DNA of 32,000 bases from an uncultured Clostridium sp. (GTDB lineage: Bacteria; Bacillota; Clostridia; TANB77; CAG-508): contig CAKNIZ010000004.1 of the NCBI GenBank assembly GCA_930980855.1, forward strand, positions 61,002-93,001, written 5' to 3'. The translations under genes and the position numbers were made by a program. The notes under the pieces were generated by a model. That model saw only the letters and a program-made list of their open reading frames with translations, ran no database searches and was not told the origin of the DNA. Each line of letters opens with the position of its first letter. Positions within the stretch are counted from its first letter, which is position 1. Below are positions 24,844 through 32,000 of the stretch, one piece after another.

Positions 24844-25392
24844 TTATTTTTCCAAAAATATTCTTGAATTTAAAAATGAGAATAGTATCTCTTTTATTTC
24901 ATTTTCTTCTGTATATTCAGATACAACATTACCACATCTTGAAAGTAATTCTTTTATTTTAAAAAATTCTTCCTGTAAATTTTGGATAGCTATATTTTCA
25001 ATATTGTTTAAATCTGTTGTGGATTTTTTTAAAATGATATAAAAATTTTTGTTCGAAGATTGTTTATTTTGATTTAAAGAATTAATATAATTAATATATT
25101 CTTCTTTAATTTCTGGATATAAATTAATTTCATTTATTTTTTTTAAATGCTTAGATAAATCTTCCTTTTTACTTTGAATTAAGATTTGTAGATTAAAATT
25201 GCAACTCTTAATAAAATTTTTATAAGAGTTTAAAATTGCCTCTTTTTCTAATTCAGATTTTAGATTGTAATTTATTGGTTTTATTTTTAGTATTTTTATA
25301 TAGGAGGAATCTTTTAGTTTTATTATTCCTTTATCTAAAATCTTTTCAAAAGGCAACCAATCTTGAACAGCATGGATTTGTTCAAATTTCAT
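24844..25392 (-). CDS. VirB4/TcpF-like ATPase, N-terminal domain fragment
   Basis: MKFEQIHAVQDWLPFEKILDKGIIKLKDSSYIKILKIKPINYNLKSELEKEAILNSYKNFIKS matches the usual N-terminus of Gram-positive VirB4 proteins. Together with 23076-24869 it totals roughly 770 aa, the normal VirB4 length. Confidence 0.7.
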   Translation of the reverse strand: MKFEQIHAVQDWLPFEKILDKGIIKLKDSSYIKILKIKPINYNLKSELEKEAILNSYKNFIKSCNFNLQILIQSKKEDLSKHLKKINEINLYPEIKEEYINYINSLNQNKQSSNKNFYIILKKSTTDLNNIENIAIQNLQEEFFKIKELLSRCGNVVSEYTEENEIKEILFSFLNSRIFLEK

Positions 25393-25413
25393 TCTTCTCC
25401 TTTCTTATTTTCT

Positions 25414-25442
25414 ATAATAAACCTTTTTCCATTATTTGTCAA
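25414..25442 (-). promoter_or_regulatory. SigA-type promoter (TTGACA-N17-TATTAT) of the VirB4 operon
   Basis: Minus strand has TTGACA at 25442-25437 and TATTAT at 25419-25414 with a 17-nt spacer. Confidence 0.45.
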
Positions 25443-25553
25443 CACAAATCGTACGACAAAATTCGACATTTTTCGTCAATTATATTGTTTTTAAGCTTTT
25501 AACATGTATATACAACAAAGGAACACCTTTTAGTGCTCCTCTATGTTTATTTT

Positions 25554-25649
25554 TTAGTGCTTTTCTATATATTGCTCAACTAACTTAAAAAGTTCTTTTG
25601 CTTGTTCTAATCTATGCTTTGCTAATTCTTTTGATATTTTAGGACTCAC
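25554..25649 (-). pseudogene. 31-codon remnant resembling the N-terminus of a HEPN-domain partner of the MNT gene
   Basis: The GTG at 25649 overlaps the MNT stop by 11 nt. It encodes VSPKISKELAKHRLEQAKELFKLVEQYIEKH and then stops, whereas HEPN partners are normally about 120-130 aa. A GCACTAAAA direct repeat lies at the break. Confidence 0.35.
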
Positions 25650-25992
25650 TTAACACCACTCCTTCCTTTTGTACATTCATATAAAAAGGTAATGCCTCTA
25701 ACCAATAATTAAATCTATCTACATTTTTAACTAATGGTGATAAATGAATATCAAACTTATTATTCCACTCAATATCATATGCTAACTGAACTATTTCACT
25801 TCTATATTGTACTATTTCATCATCTGTAAAATCTGTTAAAATCATAATATCTATGTCAGAACTTGTATTAAAATCACCTCTAGCATAAGAGCCATACAAA
25901 ATAATTTTCTTTATTCTTTTTCCAAACTTATTATTTATTGATGTAATAAATTCACTAATAGCCTTATTAATATTTTCTGGTATCTTCTTCAT
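25639..25992 (-). CDS. minimal nucleotidyltransferase (MNT) domain protein
   Basis: 117 aa with LYGSYARGDFNTSSDIDIMIL, the GS...DxD polymerase-beta-type nucleotidyltransferase motif. Confidence 0.8.
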   Translation of the reverse strand: MKKIPENINKAISEFITSINNKFGKRIKKIILYGSYARGDFNTSSDIDIMILTDFTDDEIVQYRSEIVQLAYDIEWNNKFDIHLSPLVKNVDRFNYWLEALPFYMNVQKEGVVLSES

Positions 25993-26076
25993 AAAACTTT
26001 TATTTCCTATCTTTTTTTATTTTCTTATATTTCATCATAATCTCCTATGTGAATTGTAACTCTTAAAGCTTTCTTT

Positions 26077-28035
<1,959 letters not shown>

Positions 28036-28063
28036 TTATTTTTATTTTTTAAATTTGTCAAGC

Positions 28064-28942
28064 TTATTTATTTCTATCTTTTATGTAAATTGCCAATTTT
28101 CTTAAGAATTCTGCTTCTTCTCCATAATCTTTTAATATTATTAGAGATTCGTTTATATTTTTATCTAATTCTTCTATTGATTTTTCTAGTCCGTATTTAC
28201 TAACGTAAGTACATTTATTTCTTTTTTTATCATTTCCTACAGGTTTTCCTAAAATTTTCTCATTTCCTATTTCAGATAAAATATCATCTTTTATTTGAAA
28301 TGCTAATCCTATTTTTTCAGCAAATAAAGTTAAATTATTTAAGTCTTTTTCTTTAGCACTTCCTAAAATTGCCCCTATTCTTACAGAAGCTCTTATTAAA
28401 GCACCTGTTTTATTTTTGTGCATATATTCTAGTTCATCTTCTAAAGCTTTTTTTCCTTCATATTCTGTATCAACATATTCTCCAATTATCATTCTATCCA
28501 CTGCACTTGATATTTCATAAAATGCTAATATTTTTTCATTTAACATTTCTTTTTGCATATCTCTACTTATAGTCAAATATGCATAGTTAAGTAAACTATC
28601 TCCTGCAAGAATTGCTGTTGCTTCATTAAACTGTTTATGATTTGTTGGTTTTCCATGTCTAAAATCATCATTATCTATTCCTGGTAAATCATCATGAATT
28701 AGTGAAAAATTATGAATCATTTCCATTGCTACTGCATATGGCATGCACTTTTCATAATCTTCTTTAAATATTTTATAAGTTGCGAGCATTAAAGTTGGTC
28801 TTAATCTCTTTCCTCCTGCCATTAAACTATATTCTACTGATTCATTTAATTTATGTTCTAGACATTCATTTTTTCTGATATATTTTTCTAATTCTTTATT
28901 TATTATATCGTTATATTGCTTTAATTCTTCTCTAAATTCCAT
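28064..28942 (-). CDS. ispA: trans-polyprenyl (farnesyl/geranylgeranyl) diphosphate synthase
   Basis: First Asp-rich motif LIHDDLPGIDNDDFRHGKP, second FQIKDDILS, and GKRLRP near the N-terminus. Confidence 0.85.
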   Translation of the reverse strand: MEFREELKQYNDIINKELEKYIRKNECLEHKLNESVEYSLMAGGKRLRPTLMLATYKIFKEDYEKCMPYAVAMEMIHNFSLIHDDLPGIDNDDFRHGKPTNHKQFNEATAILAGDSLLNYAYLTISRDMQKEMLNEKILAFYEISSAVDRMIIGEYVDTEYEGKKALEDELEYMHKNKTGALIRASVRIGAILGSAKEKDLNNLTLFAEKIGLAFQIKDDILSEIGNEKILGKPVGNDKKRNKCTYVSKYGLEKSIEELDKNINESLIILKDYGEEAEFLRKLAIYIKDRNK

Positions 28943-28963
28943 TTTAATCCCTTTTTTATTATA

Positions 28964-30007
28964 TTATATAATCTTTCCTTTTACAACATTGTGTGAAACA
29001 CTGTTATTTATATTAATGTTTTTAGTACATGTTATAATAACTTGAATATTTTTTATATTATTTAAAAAATTAGAAATTCTTTTTTCGTCTAATTCAGACA
29101 TAAAATCATCTAATAGTAAAATTGGATATTCTTGTATCTCATCATAAATTACATTTAATTCTGCTAATTTTAAAGATAATACGGCAGTCCTATTTTGCCC
29201 TTGTGAACCATATATATTTACAGCTTCTCCGTTTATAGATATAGAAAAATCGTCTCTATGAATTCCAGAATTCGTATATCCTTTTATATAATCTATTTTT
29301 CTTTGTTTTTTTAGGTTATTTAAAAATATTTCTTTATTTTCACAATTTGATAAATATTTTATATCAATTTTTTCTTTTGTAATTTCTGAATGAATATCTA
29401 CTATTTTTTCTCTAATTTTATCAATAAATTCTTTTCTATATGCATATACTTTTACACCATAATCTGCAAGTTTTTCATCCCAAATTTCAAGCATGGATTC
29501 GTCTTTTATATTCTGTTTTAAATAATTGTTTCTTTGTTCAAGTGTTTTTAAATATAAATTCAAATTTAAAACATATGCTGGTCTTAATTGTCCTATCATC
29601 ATATCTAAAAATTTTCTTCTTAAATTTGGACCATCTTTCAATAAATTAATATCATCTGGTGTAAATATTACTAAATTTATATTTCCTAATAGTTCACTTA
29701 ATTTTTTTAATTTTATATCATTTAAGTAAACACTTTTTTTATCAGAAATTTCTACCTTTATTTTTCCTTCTCTATCTTTTTTTTGAAAATGTGTTTGAAT
29801 TTTTAGAAAATCCTCCCCTTTTTTTATTAATTCTTTTTCTTTATTAGTTCTAAAAGATTTTCCAAAACTAGAAAGGAATATAGATTCTAGGATATTTGTT
29901 TTTCCTTGTGCATTATCTCCATAAAATATATTAATTTTATTTTCTAGATTTATTTCTTGATATTCATAGTTTCTAAAATTTTGTATTTTAATATTGTCTA
30001 TATACAT
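28964..30007 (-). CDS. recF: DNA replication/repair protein RecF
   Basis: MYIDNIKIQNFRNYE...FYGDNAQGKTNILE (Walker A), a signature-like SQGQNRT, and LLLDDFMSELD. The start is placed at ATG 30007, 5 nt after GGAG. The 7-codon extension in the ORF track runs into the DnaA-box palindrome. Confidence 0.9.
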   Translation of the reverse strand: MYIDNIKIQNFRNYEYQEINLENKINIFYGDNAQGKTNILESIFLSSFGKSFRTNKEKELIKKGEDFLKIQTHFQKKDREGKIKVEISDKKSVYLNDIKLKKLSELLGNINLVIFTPDDINLLKDGPNLRRKFLDMMIGQLRPAYVLNLNLYLKTLEQRNNYLKQNIKDESMLEIWDEKLADYGVKVYAYRKEFIDKIREKIVDIHSEITKEKIDIKYLSNCENKEIFLNNLKKQRKIDYIKGYTNSGIHRDDFSISINGEAVNIYGSQGQNRTAVLSLKLAELNVIYDEIQEYPILLLDDFMSELDEKRISNFLNNIKNIQVIITCTKNININNSVSHNVVKGKII

Positions 30008-30020
30008 TTTATCTCCAGTT

Positions 30021-30052
30021 TTATCCACATATTATGCATAATATGTGGATAA
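30021..30052. promoter_or_regulatory. perfect 32-bp palindrome made of two inverted consensus DnaA boxes
   Basis: TTATCCACA-TATTATGCATAATA-TGTGGATAA, lying exactly between the dnaN stop (30053) and the recF start. Confidence 0.7.
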
Positions 30053-31177
30053 CTATTCATTTTTTAAACGTATTGGTAAAATCATATATTTATAATCACC
30101 AGTTTCTTCTATACTTCTTATTATACATGGTGATATGCTTGTTCCAAAATCAATAAATACTTCTTCATCATCAATAGATCTTAGTACATCTAAGAAATAT
30201 TTTGGATTAAATCCTGCTTCTAAATTCTTTCCTTCTGTTGTTACATATAATTCTTCTTTTGCATCTCCTGTTTGATTTGTACAAGAAATTGTTATTTTTC
30301 CAACATCAACAGCAATTTTTACAGGATATTTCTTTTCTTTTTCTATACTAGATGCTGAAATAAGACTGATTCTTTCAAAACAATTTAATATTTGACTTCT
30401 ATTTACTCTTACTCTTGTTTCCCATTTTTGAGGTAAAACATTTGAATAATTTAAGAATTCTCCATCTAATAATCTTGTTACTATTTTACAATCTTCTATT
30501 TCAAATAGAGCTTGATTTTTAGATATTCCTATTTTTACAATTTCAAAAGAATCTGTTAATATTTTATTTATTTCTGTTAAAGTCCTTCCTGGAATTACAG
30601 CAGAAAAGTCATTTGTTTTTGTTTGTAAAAATTTACTTTTCCATGCTAATCTAAATCCATCTACTGCTACAACATTTAATTTATTTGTTTTTACTTCAAA
30701 TAAACATCCTGTAAAAATAGGTCTATTTTCTTCTGTACTGATAGCAAATATTGTTTTTCTAATCATATCTTTTAGAGTATTTTGCTCTATTTCTATAGAA
30801 TTTTCTACATTTATTTCTGGTAATTCTGGAAATTCTTCTGGATTCATTGTTGCTAATTTATATAATGAACCTTCACATTCTATAACTAATAGATTTTTTT
30901 CATTTACTTCTATTTTAATTTCTGTGTCAGGAAGCTTTCTTATTATTTCACTAAACATGATAGCATTTACAACTGTAGCTCCTTGTTCTTGTACATTACA
31001 ATCTTTAATTATATATTCTATGCCTAATTCTAAATCATAACATGTTAATTTTATATCATTATCATTAGTTTGAATTAATATTCCTTCTAATATTGGCATT
31101 GTTGTTCTAACAGCAACAGCTTTTGTTACGGAATTAAGAGCTTTAAGGATTTTTTCCTTTTCACAAATTAGTTTCAT
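30053..31177 (-). CDS. dnaN: DNA polymerase III beta sliding clamp
   Basis: 374 aa. MKLICEKEKILKALNSVTKAVAVRTTMPILEGILI..., three-domain length, and the ...YKYMILPIRL C-terminus. AAGGAG RBS. Confidence 0.95.
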   Translation of the reverse strand: MKLICEKEKILKALNSVTKAVAVRTTMPILEGILIQTNDNDIKLTCYDLELGIEYIIKDCNVQEQGATVVNAIMFSEIIRKLPDTEIKIEVNEKNLLVIECEGSLYKLATMNPEEFPELPEINVENSIEIEQNTLKDMIRKTIFAISTEENRPIFTGCLFEVKTNKLNVVAVDGFRLAWKSKFLQTKTNDFSAVIPGRTLTEINKILTDSFEIVKIGISKNQALFEIEDCKIVTRLLDGEFLNYSNVLPQKWETRVRVNRSQILNCFERISLISASSIEKEKKYPVKIAVDVGKITISCTNQTGDAKEELYVTTEGKNLEAGFNPKYFLDVLRSIDDEEVFIDFGTSISPCIIRSIEETGDYKYMILPIRLKNE

Positions 31178-31506
31178 TTTCTTTTTCTCCTTCTTTTAAT
31201 ATAATATAAATATTTATAGTAGTAGTAGTAATAGTATATGTGGATTGTGTTGATAACTTATCAAAAGCCTGAAATCCCTACGGAAATAGGTGTGGATAAC
31301 TCTGTGGATAACTTTAAATTTTATCCACACAATTCAAAAACTTGTCCACATTTTGAGTTATTCACATTTTATCCACAGGTTATTCACAGGTACCCTGTGG
31401 ATAACCAATGTGGCTGTTCCGTAAGTAGAATTACACTTATGTTGTATCGAACATTAATTTTCCAAACATAAATTTTACTAATAGCTACTTTTGTCAGATG
31501 TTGCAA
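31178..31506. promoter_or_regulatory. oriC (dnaA-dnaN intergenic origin) with DnaA-box cluster
   Basis: Perfect TTATCCACA/TGTGGATAA boxes at 31291, 31303, 31321, 31369 and 31396. One- or two-mismatch boxes at 31239, 31248, 31342, 31358 and 31380. Confidence 0.8.
31217..31237. repeat. TAG-TAG-TAG-TAG-TAA-TAG-TAT trinucleotide array (DnaA-trio-like)
   Basis: Read directly. It sits between an A/T-only tract (31178-31216) and two adjacent DnaA-box-like 9-mers (31239-31256). Confidence 0.6.
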
Positions 31507-32000
31507 CTATTTGTCGGAAAGTAGGATGTTTTTCACACTTTCCACAATTAATCTTGTGTTTGAATTGGTTTTGATTTCACTTTCAATTTTATTACAAGCA
31601 TGCATTACTGTTGTATGATCTCTTTTACCAAAATCAATACCTATTTGAGGTAATGACATTTGAGCAACGTTTCTACATAGGTACATAGCAATTTGTCTTG
31701 GAAAAGTTACATCATTAGATCTTTTAGCACCTCTTAAATCTGCTGGTGAAATGCTAAAGTACTTCCCTACTACATCTTGTATGTATTCTGAAGAAATAAC
31801 TTTATCTTGTTTTGCAATAATATCATTTATAGCTCGTTCTGTCATTTCCATTGTTATAGGTGTACCTGTAAGTGATGCTTTAGCAATTAATTTATTAAGA
31901 GTTCCTTCTAGTTCTCTAATGTTTGTATCCACTCTTGTTGCAATTGCCGATAAAATTTCGTCATCTATAATAATATTATCTAATTGTGTCTTTTTTCTTA
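31507..32000 (-). CDS. dnaA: chromosomal replication initiator DnaA, C-terminal part; gene continues past the right edge
   Basis: Domain IV signature: ..RSNDVTFPRQIAMYLCRNVAQMSLPQIGIDFGKRDHTTVMHACNKIE... The frame stays open upstream of the ORF-track Met to position 32000. Confidence 0.95.
   Translation of the reverse strand, partial: RKKTQLDNIIIDDEILSAIATRVDTNIRELEGTLNKLIAKASLTGTPITMEMTERAINDIIAKQDKVISSEYIQDVVGKYFSISPADLRGAKRSNDVTFPRQIAMYLCRNVAQMSLPQIGIDFGKRDHTTVMHACNKIESEIKTNSNTRLIVESVKNILLSDK

Noticed and set aside
13040-25392. Interpreting the whole T4SS-containing stretch as one intact integrative conjugative element
   Set aside because: No integrase or recombinase, relaxase, oriT-relaxase pair or flanking att direct repeats are visible. 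The essential genes gyrA, the dnaD-like gene and the dnaI-like gene lie inside the stretch, and VirB4 is split.
30008-30028. Seven-codon N-terminal extension of recF (MDKTGDK)
   Set aside because: The extension overlaps the DnaA-box palindrome and has no RBS. RecF proteins typically begin MYI..L.L.NFRNY, matching the ATG at 30007 preceded by GGAG.

Overview
Origin-proximal chromosomal segment of a very AT-rich, Firmicutes/Clostridia-like bacterium. On the minus strand at the right end lie dnaA (partial), an oriC-type intergenic region, dnaN, recF, a polyprenyl diphosphate synthase and gyrB. The oriC region has 5 perfect and 5 near-perfect DnaA boxes, TAG trinucleotide repeats and an AT-rich tract. 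gyrB and gyrA are not adjacent. About 4.9 kb between them carries an MNT nucleotidyltransferase with a truncated HEPN remnant. It also carries an operon with a VirB4-like ATPase split into two ORFs, a CpaE/ParA-like ATPase and an unknown helical protein. Downstream of gyrA, a convergent plus-strand block encodes a VirD4/TraG-like coupling protein and three small or polytopic membrane proteins (VirB2-, VirB6- and TcpE/VirB3-like). These run into a DnaD-domain protein and a DnaI/DnaC-like helicase loader. No relaxase, integrase, VirB8-like protein or hydrolase is visible, so this is either a decayed conjugative element or a chromosomally fixed minimal T4SS-like gene set. The best-supported unusual feature is a tRNA operon (Lys-UUU, Glu-UUC, Thr-UGU) in which tRNA-Thr(UGU) is interrupted after position 36 by a 226-nt group I (IC3-like) intron. 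A free-standing HNH endonuclease gene follows it. The left third holds envelope and housekeeping genes: corA (partial), a DUF2207-like protein, ddh, tRNA-Lys-CUU, a GT39-like glycosyltransferase, a VanW/G5 protein, an XRE-S24 repressor and a CBM-like protein. It also holds two paralogous membrane-anchored SUMF1/FGE-domain genes, one of them frameshifted. Each paralog is preceded by the same roughly 240-bp promoter-plus-leader unit. That unit contains a conserved 17-codon uORF running through a (TA)10 repeat and a terminator-like hairpin. All functional calls come from reading motifs in the translations; no database search was run.
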